Below, in pieces: positions 1-8,112 of a stretch of DNA of 9,969 nt. Below the pieces are notes generated by a model. It saw only the letters and a program-made list of their open reading frames with translations, was not told where the DNA came from and searched no databases. The stretch covers positions 1 through 9,969 of the forward strand of contig NW_003314598.1 in assembly GCF_000143415.4 (NCBI RefSeq), given 5' to 3'. This DNA comes from Selaginella moellendorffii (Eukaryota; Plantae; Lycopodiophyta). The translations under genes and the position numbers were made by a program. How positions within the stretch are numbered: position 1 is the first letter of the stretch; every line of letters begins with the position of its first letter.

Positions 1-39
1 CCCAGACTTCCGGGTTAGGCGGGCGAGTGCTATCACCCA

Positions 40-174
40 GTCCGAGACGGACCCGAGATAGAGTCCGAGATGGACCCGAAATGGAGTCGAGATGGACCGA
101 GATGGAGTCCGAGATGGACCCGAGATGGAGTCCGAGATGGAGTCCGAGATGGAGTCCGAGATGGAGTCCGAAGT

Positions 175-215
<41 letters not shown>

Positions 216-339
216 TCAGGACCGAGAACGAGACCGAGGCCGAGGCCGAGACCGAGCCCGAGCCTGAGTCCGAGTCCGAGTTCGAGTCCGAGTCCGAGTC
301 CGAGTCCGAGTTCGAGTCCGAGTCCGAGTTCGAGTCTGA
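40..339. repeat. Compound tandem array with a CCGAG core: 12-mer GAGTCCGAGATG-type units, then (GAGACC)n, then (GAGTCC/GAGTTC)n
   Basis: Directly visible: ~40-170 12-bp units, ~175-255 GAGACC/GAGGCC hexamers, ~265-337 GAGTCC/GAGTTC hexamers. This explains the low-complexity ORFs (EMES, ET, ES, RP, SP repeats). Confidence 0.95.
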
Positions 340-427
340 GAGGGTGAAAGCCCAAAGCGTTCGTCTCTCAAACCCTGGGGGGTTTGGTGAGCTCCAAAAG
401 TATAGTAGGGGGAGGACTGCAGTGGAG

Positions 428-465
428 CCAGTTTGGCCAGGAAAGGCCAGTTTGGCCCAGGAAGG
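428..465. repeat. Imperfect 19-bp tandem duplication
   Basis: CCAGTTTGGCCAGGAAAGG (428-446) is followed by CCAGTTTGGCCCAGGAAGG (447-465). Confidence 0.85.
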
Positions 466-1334
466 CCGGACCCAGTGTTGGGTGATGAGCTGCCCACTAG
501 GAAGTCCAAGACTAGAGTGAACACAGACCGACAAGCGGGGTAGCTTGGTGAAGTGTTCAAGAGCCGGCTCTAGTTCCCCCGGGAGATCGACTGGCCGATG
601 CTCCCAGTCCAAGTGTGGGTGGCACTACCTACTTGGATACCTGGTGTGGCTCAATAGAACCCGCTCTAATCCCATGGCTAGAGCACCCAAGGGCAAAAGG
701 CGAGGAGAGTACCCAGGTGGCTCGCGTAAGGCCACGGTGTTCCGAAATGTTGTCCCAAAGGCCCAGACTGTGGAAAGGAAGAGGAGCAGTCCTCTGGGGT
801 AGTGACCAAGGACACAGTCGTGTGGTGAGGAAGTCCTAGAGAACCGTGGGACTTAGTGGTCGGGCCTGTGGGTCTTGATCCAGTGGCAGTGTTGGCAAAC
901 ACGGCCAGGGGCAGAAAGGGACTTAGTGGGGACTGACAGAGGGATATTGGGGAAGGCTATTCCCCTTGTCGGTGGGCATCCTAAGGATGCTAAGGAGTGG
1001 ATCTGAGATGACCACTCACGGATGGTTTGCCTCGTCTTGGAGAGCCAAGACGGTGATGCAAGTGGTATTGGACTACCAGTGTGGCAAAGGTGATTGGGCA
1101 TGGCCTTAGCGTAACGGGCTGCTATGTCGGTGGTACCTTTGAGTGTTGGTCATGGGATCGGACACGTGGAGCACTTGGACCAAGTGCAAATGTTGAGTGG
1201 CATGGATGCCATTCTCGGGGCTAGCAAGTCCTAAGTCCTGGATTGGACTTATGGAGGTTGTGAATGAGACTCCTCCAAGTGGTCAGAGGTGTGGTTAAGT
1301 GACTAAAGTAGAATGGAAAATTTAGTCGCTCACA

Positions 1335-1554
1335 AGGAGCTCCATCACTGTGATGATGATGGTACACTGCTGTCGCTGGAGCTGGATGGTGGTGGCGAGC
1401 ATGATCACGGATAGCAGGCGCTGGAGCTAGGTGAGCAGGGTGGCCGCGAGCAGGGTGAACGAAAGCAGCTGGTGCTCGGGCTCGAACTGGAGCGTCACCT
1501 TGAAGAACTGGAGCTAAAGCTGGTGCTGGCTCGTGGCCTCCTCGAGGATGGTGT
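1335..1554 (+). repeat. Duplication block A (direct repeat of 8461-8680)
   Basis: Ungapped 220-nt alignment with 7 substitutions (~97% identity). Confidence 0.97.
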
Positions 1555-1681
1555 GGTGGATGTGCTGGAGCTAGAGCTGGAGCTCCGCGGGCAAGTGTTG
1601 GGGCAGTGTGAGCGTGAGAGACCATAGCTTACCTGACGAGAGCTTCGACAATAGAAAAATCCAAGTGAGAAAGATTATAAC
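1335..1681 (-). pseudogene. 5' part of a His/Pro/Ala-rich (AGP-like) membrane protein gene, copy 1, truncated by an insertion at 1334
   Basis: Frame ...ALAPAHPPHHPRGGHEPAPALAP...YHHHHSDGAP matches the 8113-8700 ORF (7 mismatches in 220 nt). Candidate upstream exon 1681-1633 encodes hydrophobic VIIFLTWIFLLSKLSS, then donor CAG|GTAAGC, a 56-nt intron (1632-1577) ending CTCCAG, rejoining in frame at phase 1. There is no in-frame ATG for this exon (TAG at 1684-1682). The ORF-track tail CERLNF... is read-through into the insertion. Confidence 0.65.
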
Positions 1682-1695
1682 CTAACCCTTTGACT

Positions 1696-2231
1696 TAGAA
1701 AATAAAAAAGTACTCGAGAGTTTGTGACGCTGTCGATTGTCGGACTTGAACTGAGCATGCCAAAGAGCCCAAACCTAGATGTGAACAACGATTTAATCTC
1801 ACAATCATAAAATGCTCAATATTTCAAAAAGATAAGACATCTTTAATTTGATGGCAACTCCTTTCCAGGCTCAATCCTAATGTACTTACAATGAACAAAA
1901 CTTTTTTAGTCGTTTGCAAAAAAATGGGAAAAAAAAACACAAGATAAATATCTATGCATTGCTTTGTTGATAGTCTCACAGTGTAACATCCATCCATAGC
2001 TCCCCCAGAGGTCAACACCAGTAAAATCGGTCAAATAATCGAACATATTTGGAGATGCTGGGTATTGATCCCTAAGCGAGCACTCTACCATCTAAGCTAT
2101 CTCCCCTTAGCAAAGAAACAAAATTGCTAAACTTTTCTCTTCACCATTCTAATACTCATCCTTGGAGATTCTGGCAGCTTTTGTTGCATTTCAAGAGCCT
2201 TTTGAGAGATGAGCTTTGGATAGACCACCAT
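1696..2231 (-). repeat. Duplication block B (inverted, gapped copy at 8683-9000)
   Basis: Reverse-complement matches: 2144-2231 with 8683-8742 (CTCATCTC.AAAA.GCTCTTGAAATGC, GGATGAGTA.TAGAAT); 1926-2072 with 8751-8919 (GCATCTCCAAATATGTTC, ATAGATATTTATCTTGTGTTT); 1696-1751 with 8922-9000 (GTTCAAGTC.GACAATC...AGCGTCAC). Confidence 0.85.
2050..2106 (-). pseudogene. Internally deleted tRNA-Ala(AGC)-like sequence (tRNA pseudogene or SINE head)
   Basis: The minus strand reads GGGGAGATAGCTTAGATGGTAGAGTGCTCGCTTAG-GGATCAATACCCAGCATCTCCA. It aligns with plant cytosolic tRNA-Ala(AGC) as I recall it (GGGGATGTAGCTCAGATGGTAGAGCGCTCGCTTAGCATGCGAGAGG...GGGATCGATACCCCGCATCTCCA). A-box-like and B-box-like segments are kept, but ~16 nt of the anticodon 3' half and variable loop are missing (57 nt remain). 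Confidence 0.75.
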
Positions 2232-2283
2232 CTCCAGCAAGTTTCTACAGCCAAGCAGCTGCATCTGCAGGCAACCATGAAGA

Positions 2284-2451
2284 ATGTTACTAATGCTTAT
2301 AATAATAATACATAATATAGTAATAGTATTTACATGAGGAGGAGGAGCAGGGATATTGTTTTGCTTTGTAGTGTTATGCAAGAGGATGACTAAAGCAATT
2401 GGTAAAACCAACACAATATAAATCAATTGGTATGGTCTTCTGTACCAATCA
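2284..2451 (-). repeat. Duplication block C (inverted copy at 9024-9176)
   Basis: The reverse complement CATACCAATTGATTTATATTGTGTTGGTTTTACCAATTGCTTTAGTCATCCTCTTG...TATGTATTATTATTATAA...TTAGTAACA matches 9027-9176 with scattered substitutions. Confidence 0.9.
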
Positions 2452-2460
2452 AATTGTATA

Positions 2461-2593
2461 AACATTAATATTATTTGGTATTTTGGTTTGCTAGTAAACA
2501 TATTTGTGTAGCTAAAAGTCTTTTAAAATGAGTAACTTTTTTTTCTTACAAAATTTCAAAATTAGAAACATCATTCAAAATTTAAGTGCATTT
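2461..2593 (+). repeat. Duplication block D (direct repeat of 9173-9329)
   Basis: Shared TAATATTATTTGGTATTTTGGTTTGCTAGTAAACATATTT and TAGCTAAAAGTCTTTTAAAATGAGTAACTTTT...GAAACATCAT, with two short extra segments in copy 2. Confidence 0.92.
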
Positions 2594-2599
2594 CATCAA

Positions 2600-4030
2600 A
2601 GTTTTGTAGTCAACTAATGCTTATGCCATGGCTTTGGATTTTATTTTAGTCATGGTTATTAGCAACTGTATTAGTGATTTTGTGGGAGTATAATCACCTA
2701 GTAAAGGCTCCAGATGTTTCACCTAACTTATTATTATCACCTTTTCATCTTTTGGAGAAGGTTTGTAAATACATGTATTACCCTAGCTAGTTAATACACT
2801 AATTATAATACTATAGCATGTGGACCATCCATTTATGACTGAATTTGGTCCATCCATTCTTGTAGATAAGCAAAGGTTTAAACCCTAATTAATATACCTA
2901 ATTTTATATCCCAAGCACTCAGTTAATATTTATATTAAGCCCTTTCATTATTAGTATAAAGTCTCTTTGAGTGTAATTATAAGAAATGCTCTATATTGTT
3001 TTTGGTGTAATTTATAGATAAAATTTATTTTACCAATATCAATTTTTTTCATCCCATGTTCAGATGTGATGATGAATCCAAAGTTTAAGATTTGGATCCA
3101 TCCTATGCAAAGAATGAAAGATTTTAGAATTTTTTCAGTTATAGAAGTGATACTGTAAATGAGAAGTGTTACAACATCATAATCAAGTAATTCCCAAATG
3201 TTTAAAAAATTATATGTAATTGCAACTAGGTGGAACTTGGGTTGGCCACCTTAATATAAGCTCCTGAATTTAGACTTCCCAAGAGGTCACCCAACCCAAT
3301 TATCAAGATGTAATAGTAAATCTTACTTGCAACTTGTATTAAATGGGTTTTGATGCCTTATATCTGTAAATTGTATATTCATGATGATGGTATTGCTGTT
3401 TGATGTTGATCTTTTACTTTTAACTATAATGCCTTTGAGTATGTTGCATTTTCTTCCTTTGACTAAGTCTTTATAATCTTCATATATTTTTTGTTTCTTG
3501 TCTACTAATATGAAATCAAGAAAGATTTAAAGAACTTGAATTTTTATTATAAAGTTTGTATATTTGTATAGGGCATGGTTAAAAGAACAATATAACATCT
3601 AATCTACAACAAAATCTCAGAGAAAATTAAGTCCCAAGTTTTAAGTGGGTTCAAAAAGTTCTATATGATAATGTAAATAGGTTTGTGAATAAGCTTGTAT
3701 AGGTTTAAAGTGACCAAACACTACAGATCTAGAATTGGTTTTCTTAAGAAAACCTGTAGGGGTATTAAATATACTTAAAATATACTTGCAGATTCTAGGT
3801 TATTTTAATATCTAATAGTTGTTGTTCATTTATATTAATATTTTTATTTATAATTTATAAACTTATTTTCTAGTATAAATTCTACTATTGATATATAATA
3901 ATATTAATATTGATTTATAAATTATAAATATGTTTATAACTATCTACTGCAAATTAATTAAGAGATAAGTATTGTCTCTCATATTTTTTGTTTGTTTAAG
4001 CAAACACTGAGATGGTAGTGGATATACATA
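2600..4030. other. AT-rich non-coding spacer
   Basis: The track shows no ORF of 60 aa or more here, and the region is strongly AT-rich, especially 3780-3960. Confidence 0.7.
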
Positions 4031-4396
4031 GAATATGCTTGGATATTCTAGGATATTCTACCATCTAACAGTTATGCAATGTGGAACAATTTATTTATCT
4101 GGTGAACCCAGGATCACACTTGTAGCACTGATTTCTTCGAGAGGAGCTCAAAGGAATGAGTGCCGCATCATTCGCATTGTTTTTTTCTTCCTTTTCTTTT
4201 GCAGCCTTGAACGGACAAGGGGTACATTATGTACATGTTCAGCAACGAGTTTCTAGAAAACGCATGCCTGGCAATGCTCAAGACATGCTGCAAAATGCAT
4301 GAAAGGATCGACATGGGTAAGAGCTTTTTTTGATCGATGCTTGCTTGCTTGCTGTGAGATTATTCTCAGGATGGTCTCTGATAAGCTTCACATGAA

Positions 4397-5050
4397 TTAC
4401 AACAATGCGGAGTGCTGGATCGCCAGCCTCACCAACTTTTCCAGGCTGCTTTTGCCCATCCAACTCGGCACTCCAAGATCAATTTGAAGAATGGAACAGA
4501 ACGGCGTGCAGCACATTAACGTGTAAGTGGAACAATCACGGTTTTGCTGCTGTAACAATTGACAAGCCCCAGGAGGGTGGCTTTTCCATCTGCAACTCTG
4601 CTCCTAGAAGCTCAAACGCCTGGCTGAAGAGTTTGGCCGTGAGTCGGAACTCACAGCCCATCAGCTGGATGGACTTCCGGCGGGCGTCCATGGCGATGAT
4701 CATCCGTGTGTAGAGCAGGTGCTGCTCTGCTGGTGGCGCATCTTCGAGAAGTACGAAATTATTTTGAGCTGTCGAGCGTTGAACCATTGGTAGTCACCGA
4801 TCCCTTCTGGAATTTGATCTTCAACCTGATGCCAAACTGGCTCACGTTGATTGTGCCCATCATGCTGAAACCTTCCGACTTGGTGGTTTGGGCAACTACT
4901 GCCTCTGCTCTTAGAACCCTAATGACCTCCACCTTCCGTACTGGTCCACTGGGTCTTCCAGACTTGGGGCAACCGCTTTTTGTGCTGAAGTTGTGTGTTC
5001 AAATCCTGCAGCTGCTCGTTCTTTGGTTTTGAACTACTGACCTTTTCCCA
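4397..5050 (-). pseudogene. Possible frameshifted coding remnant, family unrecognised
   Basis: An island of higher GC with consecutive protein-like stretches in different minus frames (PVRKVEVIRVLRAEAVVA...IRLKIKFQKG; NFVLLEDAPP...KLFSQAFELLGAEL; IDLGVPSWMGKSSLEKLVRLAIQHSALL*). No motif recognised. Confidence 0.3.
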
Positions 5051-5112
5051 TTGGAGGTTTAGTGGTTGGATGTTGGATCTGTTCCAGAAAATATACCAGG
5101 AATATTTGGCAA

Positions 5113-5162
5113 TCGCACTTGTACAACTGTTGCAAATTCGCACTTGTATGACTTTTGCAAAT
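5113..5162. repeat. 25-bp tandem duplication, 3 mismatches
   Basis: TCGCACTTGTACAACTGTTGCAAAT / TCGCACTTGTATGACTTTTGCAAAT. Confidence 0.85.
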
Positions 5163-5489
5163 GATACGTGTTTGTATAAAGTGATACTATAGTGTATATA
5201 GTGCTATATTTTATACATGAAACTTGGTACTGGGGTATCATCGTTTTCTATTTTTCGCGTAAGAATCCTGTACTTTAAGATTGCAGATCTGGTCACTACA
5301 CCGCTTGAATGCAACTCGAGTATTGAGTAAACCAAAGCCCGTAAAGTTGTTCTTTGAGCAGCTTGCAAAGGCACCGAAAATCAATAGCAAATCTGATAAG
5401 CTTGAATCAAACAACACAAAAAACTCGCCAGAACAACAAATGTTCGTTCAAGAATCAAGTACTTACTTTCAGTCAATGCAGTCTGTCGC

Positions 5490-6936
5490 TCACTCCCACA
5501 TGCTGTACCAAGATAAGAGAGACCAATGCTGATCTTGAAGGCCATCTCTCATCCACTTCCCCTCCACAAACTCATAAGTGACACTTGCATCTTCATCCAC
5601 CAACTTGTTCCTGCCGCAGATCTCAAACACTTTGATCCCCAGCTTCGTCGCGTACCAATTAAGTAGGGGGTAGAAAGTGTCAGTGATATACTTGAACTCC
5701 AGAATAGTGTGAGCATGACCGTGAATATCGAACAAGACACAAATCTTCTGCTGGAGCTCTGACATCTCCATCTTCTTCAATTGTATGTCCGACCTATCCA
5801 CTGAGAAGGTTGCAGTAGTCGAGGAAGAAGAAGCCCATTGAAGAGTGTCCAGGATCCCCATTGTGTGCACTCCAGTGTTCTGCCTCGGCTTGATGCACGA
5901 CAAGTAAAACCCCATACATTTCCTGATGTCGCACTGCTGCTGGCAGGAATCCATGTCTTTGGCCAGCTCCTCCTCAGCGGCTTGGATAACCTATTTACAG
6001 ATGACATGCAAACCTTCTTTGCATGTTGAACTTCGCTTCCGATCCCAATCAAGGGGAAGTATCTGTCCCTGAATCTCAAAATCATGCCATACCTCACTTA
6101 GAGATTTCCCGCTCGCCTCTTTGTTGAAAACGAACCACCACAAGCTCCTGTAAGTTATGGCAGCTTTGTCATATGAGCTGTATGGCTTCAACTTCCTAGG
6201 CCCTGTAGGCCCGCAGTCCACCTAGGACTCCTTGCTTCTATATGGCTTCCCTTGTGAAGTAAGAAAGGAAGCTTGCTGCAACATCCAAAATCTCAGCAGC
6301 TGCAGTGAACCGATTGATCCCTAGTACCCTGTAGAGTTCAAGCTTCGAATATCCTATCCAATCCTCTAGCACTTGGAGACGGTCATTCACCTGTTTTTGC
6401 AGTGAATCCAGGCAAATAACGAGGCTTGGGAACTCTCCTCCGGCCTCCTGCTGTGCTATGAAGTGACCTGGCAGCTGTTGCTTGGTAAGACCCTGGAGAG
6501 TGTCCCATATATACTGCTTCGCATCCATCAGCTGTATCGTAGATGCTTTTTTATCCACTATCTCACCTGATAGATGCAAAGAGCCGTCTGAAAAGAGCAA
6601 CACTTGCTCATCAAGAGTCTTGCTTGCCGATGTTGGTGCCTCAACACTCTTTTCTGCTGGTGCCTCGATTCTTAGAATTTTTCTTGCCGCTGGCGCCTCG
6701 ATTCTTGGCCTCTTTCCACCAGTATATAGATGAGTACGAGAAATCTTCATCATACGCGCATACATCGCTGTCTCCCTCCTATTGTAACCCTAGGTTATGT
6801 TTATTTCGAATTTATTACACGCCAGGAGCCATCGGATCCAATCAGGAACATCCGCAGCCGTCAGATCTTCGTTATTAACTTCGGTCAATGGGTAATGGGA
6901 AGTGTTTCTCCAGCGCGAGGGATTGGATCCAGTCAT
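5490..6936 (-). pseudogene. Interrupted or spliced gene for a protein of unknown family
   Basis: ORFs 6790-7110 and 6238-6765 share a frame and are separated by one TAG (6792-6790) plus GYNRRETA. ORFs 5991-6221 and 5490-5954 share another frame and are separated by one TAG (5993-5991) plus VIQAAEEELAKD. A frame change lies near 6240-6200. Candidate start MTGSNPSRW at 6936; basic motif KRPR. Confidence 0.5.
6630..6706 (-). repeat. In-frame internal repeat RIEAPA/RIEAPA/VEAP
   Basis: GCTGG(T/C)GCCTCGATTCTT occurs twice 33 nt apart, plus a degenerate TGGTGCCTC. Confidence 0.75.
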
Positions 6937-7064
6937 GGCGCGTGGCGCATCATCCGATGCCCTGCGCCGCAATGGTCGAGTTCCAACAAAATTAGGGTTC
7001 TTCCAGACTCGCTGTTTCCCCAAACATTCTCTCAATCCAGCTCCAGATATGGGATCCCGATCTG

Positions 7065-7520
7065 GCAAAAAATGCTCCACCCCTGTGCGAAATTGCCGAT
7101 TGCCGTGCAAGTGCCGATCGCAGTGCTGAAGCTACGGCCTCACTCCCATCTGATGCATCCTCCAGGCCCCTTCTTCCGTCCCCATTCCAAGAACACACAG
7201 CCATGAGCGAATTCCACACATCGCTGTTGAGCTCCTGTTCTTGGCACAAGAGCGATCGCGCCTCGTCGATCATGGCCCCAGATGCCGTTTCCTGGACGAT
7301 GCTCGTCACGGCGCTGGAAGGATCGCAAGGGGGAAGCGTTCCAGGTCTGATCTGGAAGGTGTGAAGCGAATCCTTCTTGGAAATCAGGAAGGCCATCCTT
7401 CTCGTTGCATCTGATAGAAGACGTGATGGTGACGGCCCATGATGATCGTGTTCCAGGCAACCAACGTCATGTTTATTTGTCCTCCTCAACACTTCTGATG
7501 CTTCCACAGTCCACGAGGCT
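7065..7520 (-). pseudogene. Degenerate PLS-class pentatricopeptide repeat (PPR) gene fragment
   Basis: Frameshifted motifs VEASEVLRRTNKHDV / VAWNTIIMG, then IDEARSLL...DVWNSLMAVCSWNGDGRRGL / MHQMGVRP* / LHGNRQFRTGVEHF. These resemble the PPR pattern EA..vF..M...DVVsWN.mi..y..nG....Al....M...GV.P. Confidence 0.6.
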
Positions 7521-7588
7521 GCTTGCGACGAATGCATCGGCTTTGTATTCACAATTTGTGAGGTAGACCAACCTATCCTGTTCTTCGT

Positions 7589-7634
7589 CCCATCCTGTTG
7601 AACAACCTGTGCCCATCCTGTTGAACAACCTGTG
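7589..7634. repeat. Perfect 23-bp tandem duplication
   Basis: CCCATCCTGTTGAACAACCTGTG x2. Confidence 0.95.
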
Positions 7635-8112
7635 TTGCAAGCCGCAGTGTAGACTTCGACCATACTTTCACAATTGCACTTGCTTGATTCCCGGCTTATG
7701 ATGCTCTTGACTCTGGAGAAACTTATCTGGCTGCTATGCCCTGCACTGCTTCTTCTCATCGAAGTTGAGATTTGAGCGCCTGCAAGAACAGAGAGCAAAA
7801 GTAGTACGTTACCTTTTCTCAAACCTTTCGTCTCAAGCAACTTCTCTGGCCTTTGGAGGCTGCTCCCCCGTCACTCTAGAGGATAGCTCGGTCAAATTGA
7901 AACTTGGTAGGTTCTTGCTCTATTTTCCAGTCCATTTTCCGAGCCAGCTGTGGAATAACTTCCAAGTCTGGTGACTTCCACCAGTCGACCCTTGTATGTG
8001 ATCTTCACCGTCCGTGAGCAAGAGCCTGCTGTCTTCTTGCTCTACAACTTCATCTCCTTGAAGATTGTTTATACACAATCTTCCATGTGACAACGCATGC
8101 AACATAGCTGAC

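Larger units (their letters stand above)
1..1334. mobile_element. Probable right-hand end of an LTR retrotransposon (continues left of the window) inserted into His-rich gene copy 1
   Basis: Identity between copy 1 (from 1335) and copy 2 (from 8461) starts abruptly. Copy 1 reads GTCGCTCACA|AGGAGCTCC and copy 2 reads ACAACCAG|AGGAGCTCC. The foreign segment ends in ...CACA (TGTG... on the minus strand), matching the TG...CA LTR terminus. A candidate polypurine tract AGGGGGAGGA (407-416) is followed by C-TG (TG at 418-419), which would give an LTR of 418-1334. No gag/pol is visible and the other end is outside the window. Confidence 0.55.

Noticed and set aside
40-339. CRISPR-like array
   Set aside because: The units are contiguous with no unique spacers, and the context is eukaryotic.
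27-560. ORFs with SR-like, RD-like or Glu-rich repeats
   Set aside because: Several frames on both strands are open simply because the 6/12-bp units lack stops; no domain lies outside the repeat.
2127-2501. 124-aa hydrophobic ORF
   Set aside because: It is AT-rich, spans the C/D rearrangement junction, and the frame is not preserved in copy 2.
2880-2888. Telo-box AAACCCTAA
   Set aside because: A single short motif with no nearby supported transcription start; it could be chance.
4253-4277. Helitron 3' end on the minus strand (GCATTGCCAGGCATGC then CTAG)
   Set aside because: The hairpin is imperfect with a 1-nt loop, lies too close to CTAG, and CTAG is followed by A rather than T.
5490-6936. 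TAG reassignment or programmed read-through
   Set aside because: A frame change is also needed; mutation or splicing is a simpler explanation in plant nuclear DNA.
4706-7206. Plus-strand ORFs (4706-5032, 6482-6733, 6543-6878, 6730-7206 and others)
   Set aside because: They look like antisense shadows of the minus-strand coding remnants and show no recognisable motifs.
6992-7840. 282-aa ORF as a real gene
   Set aside because: Non-ATG start, contains a 23-bp duplication, and the PPR motifs move in and out of this frame.
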